From the NCBI RefSeq assembly GCF_009914755.1, contig NC_060945.1: 64,000 bases of DNA; one strand, given 5' to 3'. The stretch is from the human T2T-CHM13v2.0 reference genome, Homo sapiens. Position numbers and translations under genes: made by a program. The notes beneath the pieces were generated by a model, which was not told where the DNA came from, searched no databases, and worked only from the letters and a program-made list of their open reading frames with translations. Positions within the stretch are counted from its first letter, which is position 1; the number at the start of each line of letters is the position of its first letter. This document shows positions 1 through 21,368 of the stretch, in pieces.

Positions 1-190
1 CATCTGTACTAAAAATAGAAAAATTAGCTGGGTGTGGTGGTGTGCACCTGTAATCCCAGCTACTCAGGAGGCTGAGGTAGGAGAATCACTTGAACCCAGG
101 AGGCGGAGGTTGCAGTGAGCCAAGAAGGCGTCACCACACTCCGGCATGGGAGATACAGCGAGACTCCATCTCAAAAAAAAAAAAAAAAAA
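1..190 (+). mobile_element. Alu (cut by window edge)
   Basis: Alu middle A-tract, right arm and poly(A). Confidence 0.95.
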
Positions 191-194
191 TAGG

Positions 195-544
<350 letters not shown>

Positions 545-839
545 TCAAAAGGAGTCTTCACTGGCTCCATCAGGACAGCAGAGTTGAACCACTCCCTAAG
601 GAAGAGAATTCTCTAAGAGAAATTAACCCACAGTATTTGGTGTAACGTCCTCTTGCCTCATTAGAGCCACTGATTCCAAGCTTCCACCCTGCAAAACTCA
701 ACACACTATTGGTGCTCACACAACTGGACTTACCCTAAAAAAAAAAAAAAAGAAGGAGAAGAAAAGATAGATAAAAATCAGAATAAAATTGAATAACAGG
801 GCAGCACAGCACAAAATCCTTAGAAATATAATGAATTCA

Positions 840-1242
<403 letters not shown>

Positions 1243-1317
1243 CTAAAGGCAGACCACACAAGTGTTCCCTGCTCCATCACACGATCTCAGGAGATCTGTG
1301 TAAAGAGCTTTAAAACA

Positions 1318-1447
1318 GACTGAGGGTCATGGCTCGTGCCTGTAATCCCAGCACTTTAGGAGGCCAGAACAGGAGAATCACTTGAGGCCAGGAGTTCAAG
1401 ACAGCCTGAGCAACATGACGAAACCCCGTCTCTGTAAATAAATAAAT
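1318..1447 (+). mobile_element. FLAM / Alu left monomer
   Basis: Single monomer with A-rich tail. Confidence 0.85.
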
Positions 1448-1689
1448 TGTTAAAACTTTAAAACGGTCCTATAATATAAAAATATTAATGGATGATACTA
1501 TTACTATGATTACTCATTGTGGAAGACTAAAACTGTCCCCAAAGTTATCCCCAGGCCCTAAAGAGGGAGGCAGAGGGAGAGTCCACGTAGATCTAAGAGA
1601 AGAAAACACACGCAGAAGAGGAAAAAGCTATGTGACCACAGCGGCAGAGATGGAGCAATACAGTCACAGGCCAAGGAATGCCGGTACCA

Positions 1690-2204
1690 TGGTAGAATAT
1701 GAAACACCCAAATATGCCACTTTGGCTTAAGGAAAGTTTTGAATTAAAGACACTTAAACAACAGATGCAAGAAGGGCACTCTGACCTCCTTTTTCTTCCT
1801 GCAAGCCAGAAATAAAACCATGCAAAAGATGTCCTTCTTGTACCAGGAGGAAGGAAACTTTCTTATCAACAGAGATGGCGAGTCGAGGCCAAGAGAAATC
1901 TGTACAAACAAACCTTGTTAAACTAACCCTTATCTTCCTAGTCACTCCTCCATGATCAACTTCCTTAGCCCAAACCCCTCTGCCTAGCCACGTTTCCACA
2001 GTTTAATGCACTTGGTTCAAACAAGTATATGAGCTCTCAGCCCTCACCGCCCCTTCGAGTCTTCATTTTTCTCATGAACTTGTAAAAATAACTCAATAAA
2101 ATATGCATGCTTTTCTCCCGTTAATCTGTCTTTTGCTAGTCTAACATATAAGGCCTCAGCCAGAAATCCTAAGATGGGTAGAGGAAAAAGATCTCCCTCT
2201 CTCA
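1690..2204 (+). mobile_element. ERV1 solo LTR, MER34-like
   Basis: TG...CA ends, flanking TACCA duplication, 'cccaaatatgccactttggc' start, internal AATAAA. Confidence 0.7.
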
Positions 2205-2339
2205 TACCAGAAGCTGGAGAGGCAAGGGTTCTCCCCTGGTGCCTTGGGTATGAGCATAGCCCTGCCAATTACAGTTGGGGCCAGTGGAACTCATTTGGGA
2301 CTTCTGGTCTCAGAACTTAAAAAGAATAAATGAGTGGGG

Positions 2340-2652
<313 letters not shown>

Positions 2653-2989
2653 CTAAATGAGTGTTTTTTAAGCTACTGAATTTGTGGCTTAGGAAATGAA
2701 ATACCATCATCAGTCACTTCATCTTTTTCAACAATAATGCAGGCGAGCCAGTATCACCCCCACTGTAAGCACAGGAATGCTTACACTGGGAAGGTGGGGT
2801 GGCAGCTCACATCATGGAGATAGGACAAAGCCAGGTGCAAGCAATAGCAATCTGATCTTCCCAGCATGCCTGGCCGGCTCCAGTGAATCCACATGTTGCT
2901 TTCTGGCCTTTAGGGATAGCCTGGAAAACAATCACCCTGGTAACATTGTTTTTACAGAAAATGTAGTCTGGATTTCAAATAAAAGACAA

Positions 2990-4465
<1,476 letters not shown>

Positions 4466-5534
4466 GAAGTACTAGCAATAACTGTTTAAGAATAATAGGT
4501 TTTTGAGTGCGGTTTTACTTTTTCCTTTGAGTCCTAAATTTTCATTCATGAAATTTCTCTTAAAAAGAGAAAAGGCATTTGTGGTATAAACAGCAAAAGG
4601 AAAGAAATGTGCTGTCCTAAGGCAGGCCAACTCATTGAGGACCCACAGCTTCAGGGATTAATGGGATTCCTGTGGCAATGACCTTCCCCACTTCTGTAAT
4701 ATGAATGATCGCAAAGCGAAAATCCAATTCCCTCTCTGTGTTTATGAAAGCCATTCCTTTAGGACAGCTGAAGCAACAAAGCCAGTCAAAAGCACTTCCC
4801 AGCCGTGCGATTGGAGATTTATATTGCACATCAACATAAAGAAACATTATGTAACTTAAGCTGTGGGCCAGGAGGCGTGGGTCAGAAGCTGAATTCAAGA
4901 CATGCTTCGCCCTCCAATTCCCACCACTGGACCAATTAAAAACTCCCCAGGCTTCTGCTGCCTTTTCCGTAAGGTGAAAGAACACCTGCTTCATAAGGTA
5001 ACCGTAAATCCTGCAAAGAACCCATGCCTGGCAAATGTCAGGGGTTTAGACACAGCATGTGTGAAAGAACACAGCCTGCCACAGAGCAGGTGCTTAATAA
5101 ATGCCCAAGGCTTGCTTCCTTTCACTCCATCCATGCAGGCACTCAAAGCTTTATGCTTGCTTGTTCCTCAACTTCTGAAGAAGGAATAGATTGCCAGATT
5201 TACTCTTAATTGCCTCAACTCCGCCACCTTCTCTAAAAAGAAACCCTCATCCTAAAACTCTTAATGAGGTCGGCTTTCTATTTTATGGCCAGATAACTGG
5301 AAATGACCGGAGAGCTGGCAAAATGACAAGCTGGAAGGCTTCATTTAAATTAGAAAAAGGTTTCTAGAGTTTCTCTTCAAGATTATATTCTAGAGATCCA
5401 GAAAACCTAAGGTTCCAGCAGTCATTAGCTGCATGACCCTGGGCAAAGTACTTATCCTTAGAGCACTGATATTCACATCACAAATGATGTAAACCAGATA
5501 TACACAATTGAGTCTCTTAAAAAGTTAAAAGAGT

Positions 5535-5802
5535 GCACACCTGTAATCCCAGTGATTTGGTAGGTGGAGGCGGGAGGATCACATGAGGCTAGGAGTTGAA
5601 GACCAGCCTGGGTAATATAGCAATACCCCATCTCAACAAAAAATTTAAAAACTTAGCCAGTAGTGGTGGTGTGCACCTGTAGTCCCAGCTATTCAGGAAG
5701 CTGAGGTGGAAGGATTGCTTGAGCCCGGGAGTTCAAGGCTGTAGTGAGCCATGACTTGTACCACTGCATGCCAGCCTGGGCAACAGAGCAAGACCCTGCC
5801 TC
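5535..5802 (+). mobile_element. AluJ
   Basis: AluJ-type right arm (gagcccggga...caaggctgtagtg); tail replaced by (CA)n. Confidence 0.9.
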
Positions 5803-5807
5803 ACACA

Positions 5808-5866
<59 letters not shown>
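5803..5866 (+). repeat. (CA)n microsatellite
   Basis: About 30 CA units with one interruption. Confidence 0.97.
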
Positions 5867-5869
<3 letters not shown>

Positions 5870-5894
5870 GTAAAGGACAGTAAGAACTCTAATA

Positions 5895-6259
<365 letters not shown>

Positions 6260-6312
6260 GGCTCTTAATAATTCTTAATTATTCTTAATAATTTTTAATT
6301 ATTAAGAAATTA

Positions 6313-6661
<349 letters not shown>

Positions 6662-7619
6662 CTATTAAACATAATTGTTTATCGTCAGGGAGCCCTTGTT
6701 CCTGGGCTGGGCCTCAGGCTTCCCATCAGTAGTAAATGGGCCAAACCACCAGTTCTCTCAAAGGAGGCTTCTAACACGAATGTTCCACAACACTTGTAAG
6801 GCCCATCTGTCCAACCGAAGCAGTCCTTTATAAAGTTCTATCCAAATGGGATCACTGGCTATAACATATCAAGAATTGGAAATAGTGATGACCAGGAAGT
6901 TTCTTTTGATTTGACCAATTAAAACAACATTTTTTTCTCATATCTAACACTTATTCTCATATCTAACACTACCCCGTATTTCAATGTCATAGGTTTTTAA
7001 GCTACAACCACAAATTCTGTCGTTTAAATTTAGGAGCAATCACAATAATTCACCGACCAGCTATAAAATAAATTTTTAGCACATTCTCAATCATTCTCAA
7101 TAAACTGTCATCATTCACGGATTTCAACAGCACCCAATGCCATGTTTTTAAGCAGCAGTAACTCCTCTGCAAAGCAATATTTCTCTTTGCAACTTATCAC
7201 ACCTTACAAAAGATACCTGCAAAGAGAGGTAAATCAAACAAAACATGTAAGTTATGTTTATTTTCCCATTACAAACGGTATCAAAGTACAGAGCTACAGC
7301 ATCGAGACATAAAAAGGATGCCCTGAAATTTTACTGGGTGCAATTTTCACTAAATATAGCCTAATGAACTGAATAGTTCAATGCTTTTGCAGAAAAAGTC
7401 CTAAGCAGTGCAATTAAGAAAAATCTAAAACAACACAATGATTTTATATAAGCAGCAGAAATCTTCTTCCCAAATGAGAACAAGTCATATGCACCACTCA
7501 TTTAAGACTCTTCAAAATGCAGAAAGATGTCTGGATTTTGAAAGTGAGGAAGGAAGACTAATAGTTCAGGGCAGCAGCATGAAATAGCAAAAGCTCCCAG
7601 ACATCAGGGATACAGCCTG

Positions 7620-8163
<544 letters not shown>

Positions 8164-8206
8164 GGTGAAAAAAAAGCTAAGACTCAGGATACACTTCCAA
8201 GACTAG

Positions 8207-8587
8207 TGTGTCAGGCCACTTTTGCATTGCTGTAAGGAAATACCTAAGGCTGGGTAATTTATATAGAAAAGAGGTTTAATTGGCTCATGGTTCTGCAGAT
8301 TGTACAAGAAGCACGGCTTCTGGGAAAGCCTCAGGGAGCTTTTACTCATGGTGCAAGGTGAAGTGGGGGTAGGAGTCTCACATGGCAGAGGAGGAGCAAG
8401 AGAGAGTAGAGGGAGGTGCCACACTTTACAACAGCCAGATCTTGCGAGAACTGGCTCACTATGGCAAGAACTGCACCAAGCCAAGAGGGATCCGCCCCCA
8501 CAACACAAACACCTCCCACCAGGCCCCTCCTCCAACACCGGGAGTTAATCTTAACAAGAGATTTGGAGGGGACATCCAACTATATTA
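8207..8587 (-). mobile_element. MST (MaLR) solo LTR
   Basis: MST signature (ggctgggtaatttata...ggtttaattggctca...gagatttggagggga); TSD (A/G)CTAG. Confidence 0.88.
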
Positions 8588-8947
8588 GCTAGTGAATCCC
8601 AGAACCTGGACTCAAAAGTATATTCTCTTGCTAGATGGCAAAAAGCATTTGCTGGTGAAGGGTTTGATCCTGAGAGCTTTGAAATAGAAAAATGGAAAAT
8701 CTAATGGGAAATCAGGAGGAATAATCAGAGTTTACTCTCTCTCTGCCAAGCTTATAAGCAAAAGAGCTGAAGTGTATTGAACACTATGCCCAAGAGTTTT
8801 ATATCCATTTTATCATGCAATGCTCCTTTAGCTAGATAATTACAGCAAAAACTTACATAGCATTTAGTGTGTGCCTTGTACCATTCCAAACTTCTATCAT
8901 GTGATTCATCTGCTCTTCCCAACATCTCAGGGAGGCAGACACATCCT

Positions 8948-9646
<699 letters not shown>

Positions 9647-9780
9647 GGAATCATCATTTTATAGACAAGGCACTTGAGGCACAGAGCCAAGTGACTTCCC
9701 CAAAGTCACACTGCTAGCAGGGCCAGAATTCAAACCCAGGCAGTCTGGCACCAGAGTCCATGCTATTAACCCCTGTACCA
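9647..9780 (-). mobile_element. MIR
   Basis: 'cattttatagacaagg...gaggcacaga...gtcacac...gaattcaaacccaggcagtctgg'. Confidence 0.8.
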
Positions 9781-9830
9781 GGGACTCTTATTATATGAAG
9801 AAATAAAATGAGAGGGTGACACATTAATTA

Positions 9831-10142
<312 letters not shown>

Positions 10143-10780
10143 TTATCTCATCCAAGTGAGCACAACTTGCTTTGAACCTGGTCTGCAGTTCTCCCTGTCT
10201 GGGCACTCACCACCATGCTGTGTGTTCAGGCCTGGCAGGCAGGGGTGCCACCCCCATAGCAGCACTGAGCCCTGGGGCAGATGAGTAAGCAAACAGGATG
10301 AGATCTGGGTCTTCACAGCAGGAGACTGAAGAGGGAAGGATAAGAAACAAGTGACCAGGGAAGATGGAAGGCAGCGGGAAGCAAGCAGCAAAACTAAAAG
10401 AGGTCAAAGGCTCCACTGACTGTTTCTGCTGACTTTGATGAGTGCATGCACGGCGGAAACTTCTGGAAACTTCTGGTTTCCGTAACTATTTTATCTATGC
10501 TCAGGGGCTCCATGAGCTGAGTTCATTTAGCAAATTAATGACCTTCTAAGCCTTTTAAGTCATTCTGAACAGAAAAAGAATTGCTCAGCAAATCACTTGG
10601 AGAGGAAATCTCATGAGGAAACTCCCTTTTTTTCTAAGACGATATGACAATGCTTTCCCACGACAATGCAGACCCTGCATGGCCACAGGTGGGAATCGTG
10701 ATAGTAAGCCTGGGGTCACATATCTCATCATGTACTTTACCTTCATCATATATCTATGGGAATCTCAAAAGCTGTATTCT

Positions 10781-11088
10781 CTTTTTTTGTTGTTTGTTTG
10801 TTTGTTTGTGACAGAGTCTCCCTATGTCACCCAGGCTGGAGTAGAGGGGCATGATCTCAGCTCACTAAAACCTCCGCCTCCCAGGTTCGTGCGATTTTCC
10901 TGCCTCAACCTCCCAAGTAGCTGGGACTACAGGCACGCACCACCATGCCAAGCTAATTTTGGTATTTTTAGTAGAGACGGGGTTTTGCCATGTTGACCAG
11001 GCTGGTCTCGAACTCCTGACCTCAGGTGATCCACCTGCCTCAGACTCCCAAAGTGCTGGGATTACAGGCGTGAGCCACCACGCCTGGC
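10781..11088 (-). mobile_element. AluS
   Basis: Full-length; TSD AAAAGCTGTAT. Confidence 0.95.
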
Positions 11089-12321
11089 CAAAAGCTGTAT
11101 ACTCTTTCCTGATCTTCCATCAAGCTTCCAAAGACTTCCAAAGATATCCGGGCCACACACTGTGGAACAGACACCGGAGAAACTGGGCTCCAACACAGAG
11201 ACTAGATTTAACTCCTGCTTGGCAACAGCTGGAGCCTAGAAGCTCTGCACACCAATACAGAGCCTGCAAAACTCTCCATGCCTCCTGCCTCTGTTAACCC
11301 AGCTTCCTCCCCCTGTCTTAAGCTGAAACTCCTCCGTGGGACTTACTCATGCTGACACACAAGCATTTTCTAAATAGAAAATTTTGGTAGAGAATGAGTA
11401 GGGTAAACTCAGGTTATCAGAATCTTAGAGGAGGCCCAGAGACACAAAAAGACCACATTTAGGTGCCTCTCAACTTTGCAGGAAAGTTCTAAAAATAGAG
11501 GGCCTGATTTCAAGTGGAAGTGATTTTAAACTACAATCTATTATTTAAATAGCAAACACGTTGAGTATCTAAAAGATCAAGACAAAGATGAGTGAGACAT
11601 TCGAAGAGCATGGGGACCTAGCACACATTTTTGCCAGCTCTCCATCTGCCCTGATGGATTACTAAATTCACAGCTGACTCTCCAGTTTTAACCATTTTCT
11701 TCTGATTGGGTGTTAAGACATTCCCAGAGGGAAGGGATGGAGCTAAAATCACCCATCTATCAGCCACCTGCCCCACCCCATTCCACCCTGTCACTTATCA
11801 CAAAATCCTAAAATACAGATATGATCTTAAAGGCCACCAGTCCCAACCCAATGCTTAGAATCTCCTCAGTGTGTCCCAGTCTCCACTCACCTGGGCCACT
11901 TGTGGTCAACAGTCTCTCAATGTTGATCACATTGAGTCCCCTGATCAAGCCCATCACTACCCTTCAGAAACAGATTTGCTCCCAAGGAAATGTCTTGCTT
12001 CTCCCTACACAAACAGGAACAGAGTGGGAGCACCATGTGTGTTAATTCCAACAGGATGCTAGACTGTTGTTGATACAAGTGTTACAGTGTTAATATAGCT
12101 GAGATGGGAAGCCCTAAACTAGTGATTCTAGGCTTTCCAGCGTACAAGATTGATGAGACTTCAGTGTTTAAACAACATTCACTGACAGAGAGAAAGAGAT
12201 AACTAGGGAGATTAAGGGAGCAGGGAGGGGGGATGCCGATCAATGAAAATATTTCTTCCAGGGAAGAGGCAGCACTATCAATGCACTAAGTATGTGACCT
12301 CTATTTAAAATACTTCCCAAA

Positions 12322-13308
<987 letters not shown>

Positions 13309-15897
13309 GAAATGTCTTTTTATTCTTTCAAACAGATACTTGAGTCCAATGGGGAAAGGTGGAAAAAAAAAGTCACAAAACCTGTCCTCAAAAAGCCCTC
13401 CATCCTATTAGGTTGGGGAGAGAAAATTAATGCAGATAAAACAATTAGAAAACAATAACTAATGTAATTATGGGTTGTTACTACTGTAACAATTACTAGT
13501 GTAATTTTGAGTTCCAAGCATAAGATTTCAGAAACGAGGAGTATGTTCCCTTCAGTAGCTCTTGAATACCTTGAGTAAACAGAGAAGGAAGCAGGAAACC
13601 AAACATTCTCTTCTTTATCTCTTCAATGTATCTTCTTTATCAGCAAATGGATTTCCTTTCAGGGAGTTTAAGACCTTGTGGGTCAGGGCTACCTGCCCAG
13701 TTCAGGCCAGAAGGAAACAAAGGAAATAAATTAGGTCACCCATCCAGCATTGCTCCTTCCCAAATACCTGCTCCTCAAATGCAGAGAGCAACTGTCATTG
13801 CAAGACAGCTGTGCAGACATGTGTTTATAAACTTAAAGTCCATGAACTCCAACCTGGTATCATCTCTCCTCTTTTAACTCCAGAGAAAATTCACCTCATG
13901 CCCCCTTCCTCTCGAGGGAAGGTCCGCAGAGACAATGTAAGATGTTCTCACCAGGGAAGATTCCACCTTGCTTGGCCTCCTGTCAGTTTCTGTCATCTCC
14001 GCGGAAGTGTCATGGACATTACAGCATTCTCTTGTTGCCACCTTTGCTGGAGCCAGGACCTAGCACTGCTTTTGCGACCCCCCTGCAAATGTTTATTTCT
14101 ACTAACACGTTGGAAGGCAAGAAGACAACCTGGCATTCACACAACCATATGAGGAAACTCAAGGAGGAACTTAACTCCTTTCTTAGAGCCTGATGTCACC
14201 ACTATTCTCCCAGTTCCAGGCTACCGTCAATGCCATCTCCCAGGGCAACCTCATCTGGGAAGGTCTCCTCTGAATTCATACTGAAAAGGTTTTGAAGATG
14301 ACCTCCACATATTTCAAGAATAGCTATCATCGATCTACCTGAAAGTTTGCTGCCAAGCAAAGTTATCTCTACACAACATTTCTTTAACCCTCTCACCACC
14401 ACTTTTTAGACAAGGCAATTGAGGCTGAGACATTCAGCAACTTGGCCAAGAGGCCTGAACACTGTCCAGAGGCCTGAACAGTGATGGAATTCCAAAAATC
14501 CCAAAATCCCCAAATGCCTGCTCTTCACCGTCAATGCTATTCTGTCTCCCTTCACAACAGTGTAGCTTTTCAGTCTGGCAAATGGAAACCAGCTCAACGT
14601 ACTAAAGCATATTTGTGTGGCTATGAAACTCCTAGAGGAAGCAGAGCCACGAAGATGAATGGAGATCTACAAATAAAACTGTGGGGCACCCCAGTGCCCG
14701 ACTGTATGAGCCCCCCTGGTGGGCACACACCTGGACGCCTCCTGGTGGAAGCAAGGCGCCTTCTGATCCACACTGAGCCATCAGCTGTCCCCACCAGCTG
14801 GTCAGCCGCACTTCGCATCCCCAGAACCAACCTCCAAGACCCCGGACCCCTGGCCTGGAAATGTAAGTGGGCAGGCAATGTTTCTGGAAGACACTCTCCT
14901 ATCTGTTCACTCGTATACCCAAGCCTTATAATCCCCAGAATACAGTAGGATTGGCTTCATTCCTGAGTAATAAATTTAGAGGTTAAAAAAAAATGATTCC
15001 TAGTATCAAGAACAAGAAACAGGACTGAACAGTCCTGGCTCCAAGTCAATCACAGCGCCACTGACTTACGCCCCACAGAGTAGCAACCATGGCTAATTTC
15101 TCTCCAGATGGCGGCTTGTACTTTTCCAAGCAGAATCTCATCTCCCCAAGCCTTGCCTCACCTTTCTACAGCTCTTTGTGTTTTCCCAACGTCCTCTCTG
15201 TGCACAGAGGGCTTTGCAACACCTCCAAATTTACTGCCACCCACAGATTTAATTAGCAGACTGTTTACTCCCCCCTTCTCTGATTGGAATATCTTAAGTA
15301 AAACCAGGCCTCCACTGAGCCCGTGGGTACTCCACCCTGGGCCTCTGTCCAATCGGCTCCCCAGTGAAAAACAGTGTTTGCTCAGCTCCAACTGTAGGGT
15401 TGGCCCCGGTCCAAGGCAGGTCTATGCTGTGAGCCAGCCACCGGTGCCACACAAGGGCCGCAACCCCTGGGGGCTGCCTAGTGAGAGGAGACTGTATGGA
15501 AGGAAGGGCAGAGGTGACCAAATAAAAAGAAACAAAACGACACCCTGGTAAGCAAGGCATTAGTAGTAAAAGTTAGGGTACAGAGACAAACTGGCTAAAC
15601 ACATATTTCTCTTGACTTCTCCATGTGATCGCTATAGTGAAAGAAAAAAGAAGAGGAAGAAACAGTAGCCTACATTATAGAAGGGAATGAGATGGTGAAA
15701 GAAATGGAAAAAGGAGGATCAAAGAGGACCCAGAGAAGAAAGGAGGGCAGGAGAGAAGGGAAGGGAATAATCTGCTTTTTTTTACTCACCATTAAGTAAA
15801 CTAATTAAAAACCACTAAACTGAATATCCATTTTACATTCAACTATACAGGAGTTAAAAAAAAAAAAAAAGATGCCTCCTTGGGAGAAACAAAATCA

Positions 15898-16254
<357 letters not shown>

Positions 16255-16851
16255 CTACAGTTCACTCTCCTACAGAGCCATTTAATGATGCAAGGACTGA
16301 CATGCTATCTCTGGCTGTGGAGTAAGAGTGGAGGAGATTACACAGAAGCACCTCCTTGGTCCAACTAAAACTAGGCACAGCCTTGGCTGCACACACCAAA
16401 ACAGCCCAGTGCTGATGGTAATTACACACATGACCAACCAACACACAAAATCTCTTCTTGATAGGCTGAGCCTCCCCCTCCGATGCTATGCTGCTTGCTT
16501 TTATGTCCTTCATTAATTTTTCCTAAACTATTTTAAGGTTTTATGACTACTCTTACTTCTTTATTCTTAGACTTTTAAAGGGGAGTCAAGCAATTAAATA
16601 CACAGAGCTATTGTTACTCACAATAGGCACTGATATAATGTCTACCTCATCTTTTAAATGTGCCTACATTAATTTTGCTGCAGAGAAAATTCCTATCTTT
16701 CCAATATGCTAGTGATGAAAATTCATTTTTGGAAACCACTTAGCCTTGTACTTTTTAATCTCCCCGCACTCTAGCTTCAAACACGCTTTGTGGGGTGAAG
16801 GGGCCCATTAAAATTAAGAAATTCCTGAAATAAGAGAAATTTCCCCATCCT

Positions 16852-17045
16852 ATCCAGCATGGGCAACGTGGCCAAATCCCATCTCTACAAAAAATTAGCC
16901 CGTGTGGTGGCGCATGCCTGCAGTCCCAGCTGCTCAGGACGGGGAGGTAAAAGGATCCTTGTGTCCTGTAGGTCGAGGCCACAGTGAGTTGTGGTTACAC
17001 CACTACACTCCAGCCTGGGCAACAAAGAGAAAAAAATAAATAAAT
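16852..17045 (+). mobile_element. Alu, 5'-truncated (AluJ-like)
   Basis: End of left arm plus right arm. Confidence 0.88.
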
Positions 17046-17097
17046 ATACCTACCCTAGCAGGTTATCCCAGCAAGATAGGTGGACAGCCTTTCTCTA

Positions 17098-17980
<883 letters not shown>

Positions 17981-18499
17981 TCTGATGGAAATGTGCGGAC
18001 AGGAGGGAATAGGGTTAGATAAAGAAGTACCTAAGCACGAGGGATTCGGGATCTCTTAAGTGCTCAATTACAGGATGTGCTTAGCTTTCCTTTCACACAG
18101 CCCCTCCAAAGGACACACATGCCCTGTGGTCTTTCGGAAATACCCGCCTGGCATCCAGAGAATCTCTCTAGGGCTCTGAGTTGCAGTTCCAAAACCTCAC
18201 CCACTCCATATAATGGAAAACACAATGAAGAGAAAGCGAGTACCTCCAAGGTACAAAAACCACGCTAGGCGCTGACACTAAGCATATTCAAACTCACCAT
18301 TAACATCTAAGCCTAACATGCTGGCCAGGAGACATTGTCTTCTATGGATCTCCATGCCTTATTAAAAAGTCATTAAATCCAGTGCCTACATCGAGAACAA
18401 CCAGACTTAACAACAGGAAACTGAGCTCCCTGGCCTAATGGCCTGTCTTGTTCTAAGTTCCAGGACAAACCAAAGAAGCACTTAAGAATCCAAAATCAA

Positions 18500-18776
18500 C
18501 TGGGTTCATGCCTGTAATCCCAGCACTTTGGGAGGCCGAGGTGGGTGGATCACCCAAGGTCAGGAGTTCAAGACCAGCCTGGCCAACATAGTGAAACCCA
18601 TCTCTTTTAAAAATACAAAAATTAGCTGGGCATGGTGGTGTGTATCTGTAATCCCAGCTACTCGGGAAGCTGAGATAGAAGAATTGTTGAACCCGGGAGG
18701 CAGAGGTTGCAGTGAGTCGAGATCACGCCATTGTACTCCAGCCTGGGCAACAGAGCAAGACTCTCTCTCAAAAAAA
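18500..18776 (+). mobile_element. AluS
   Basis: TSD AAGAATCCAAAATCA. Confidence 0.93.
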
Positions 18777-18935
18777 GAATCCAAAATCAGCACTTAAGAA
18801 TCTTAATTTCTACCTGCCTGGTCAAAACCACTGCCCATCACTGAATCTTGACCGCCCCCAAAATCCTAAAAGAGTAATCATTGTGAGCATTTGACATATT
18901 TTCTCAGTATCTTTGTTGTCATAAAATTAATCCAG

Positions 18936-19545
<610 letters not shown>

Positions 19546-20224
19546 TTAAAACTAAAGCACATGCAAATGGGCTCTGATTCCTTAAATTAATTGAAAAACA
19601 TGGACCCCAACCTTTACAGAGCTTCATGCACAAGCTTATCAATGAGTATGGCCTGCCCATCTAAAGATTTTCTAAGAGGCTGCCCACGTAAAGGGGATGT
19701 CAGAGCTCCTGGAGCTTTGGGACAGCCACAAGCCCTCTACCTGGTTCTCTATCTAGGTCTTTTCCTCCTTCCCATTGCCCCAGTCTCTCCCAGAGCTCAG
19801 ACACACTCTATACCTTCCCATGGGAACAAAAAAGCCCCCAGGTGAGTGTTTTTGGCTGATGTGTGAGTTTGACATCCAGCACTGGCACATCCACCGTGTG
19901 ACACTTGGGACATCACTCAACTCATCACTTGCTCTTTTCCCAAGCAAGTACCAAACTGAAGGCCCATCAGGTGCCAGCAGCCATGCCAGGGACAGGGATG
20001 ACAAAACACCAGAATGAGCCTGCTCTCAAGAATTAGAGGCACGCCAACAGATGAATGGAAGACGATGGGTTACTATGCCAGCAGAAAAGGTCCTGGGAGG
20101 CTTTCTAGAGGCGATGGTGCCTGTGTTGGGCCTTTAAAAATAAGCAAGAATGGACCAGAAGGGGAGAAAATGCGGCACAGGCAGAGAGGCCGGGGGTTGA
20201 TGCTTCCTGGGCCCACACCAGGCA

Positions 20225-20400
20225 CCAGGCCTGTTCAAAGCATCTACAGGAATCGGCTCATTCACTCCTCACAACCATCCCTATGAAATAGGTTCTATTA
20301 TTTTCCCCATGTGATAGACGAGGAAACTGAGGCATAAGGCAAATTGCATCGTCCGAGGTCATTCTATTCATAAGTGGCTAAGCAATGCAGTCTGGCTCAG
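20225..20400 (-). mobile_element. MIR
   Basis: 'tcctcacaacc...ctatga...ttccccat...gaggaaactgaggca'. Confidence 0.8.
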
Positions 20401-20637
20401 ATTGGGGGTTTCCCCTATGGTCTGTGAGATGACTGCCCTTACCCACTGCACACCATGGCACCTGCCCATGCAAGCGCATGCTGTGCTTGTGAACTGCAAG
20501 CAAATGGTGCAATCTGGACCACCCCGGATACCCCAAAGGTCACCTAAATGCAGGAAGCTGAAGGAAGGGAGTCTTCAGGACAGCCGGGACCCACTAGAGA
20601 TTCAAACTCTCACCCGATACTCTTCAATCCAAACATA

Positions 20638-20691
20638 TTAGGTTGGTTAAAAGTAATGGCAAACATCACAATTACTTTTGCACCAACCTAA
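20638..20691. mobile_element. MADE1 mariner MITE, internally deleted
   Basis: TTAGGTTGG...AATTACTTTTGCACCAACCTAA terminal inverted repeats. Confidence 0.85.
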
Positions 20692-20982
20692 AAACCTATA
20701 GTCACCCCACAGGTATCTGCTGACGTGTGTCCCCCAGCAGAGCTGAGTGGGCAGGGCTGGGGTGAGCAAGGAGTGAGGAGAAACGGGTGGAACAGGGCAT
20801 GGGCACGAGCCCTATGGCCTCAGACCTCATCTCAAGCCACGGGGAAGATGATGAATTCTAAACCCCAACACTCAGACACATACTAGGGAGACAGCTGACC
20901 TCCCATGGAAGTCACATTGAAAGGTTAGGACAAGATGGCAGGGACCAGGAGGCCATGTTCAGGAGAGAGGGCAAGAAGAGGG

Positions 20983-21368
20983 CATTAGCTTCCTAGGCCT
21001 GCCATGACAGAGACGTTGATTGTCACAGTTCTGGACACTAGAAGTCCAAAATCCAAAGTGTTGGCAGGACTGCACTCCCTCAAGAGACTCTCGGGAAGGA
21101 TCCTTCCTTGCCTCTTCCAACTTCTGGTAGCTCCGGGCGGCTTCTTGGCTTGTGGCTGCATTGCTGCAATTCTGCCTCTGTCTTCGTGTGGCATTCTCTG
21201 TGTGCCCACACCTCTGTATCTGAACCATTGGATCTGGGGTCCACTATAATCCAGTAGGACCCCTTCTTATCTGATGACAACTGCAAAGACCCTATGTCCA
21301 AAGGCGGCCACATTCTGAAGTTCCAGTGACATGAGTGTTTGGAGGGATAGTATTCAACTCACCCGCAT
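20983..21368 (-). mobile_element. MLT1 MaLR LTR
   Basis: 'cacagttctgga...gaagtccaaaatc...tccttccttgcctcttcca...cacattctga'. Confidence 0.82.

Noticed and set aside
6934-6972. Micro tandem duplications (also ~10455, ~12477, ~30899) and short hairpins (~30778, ~39398)
   Set aside because: Ordinary slippage products or chance stems at the expected frequency.
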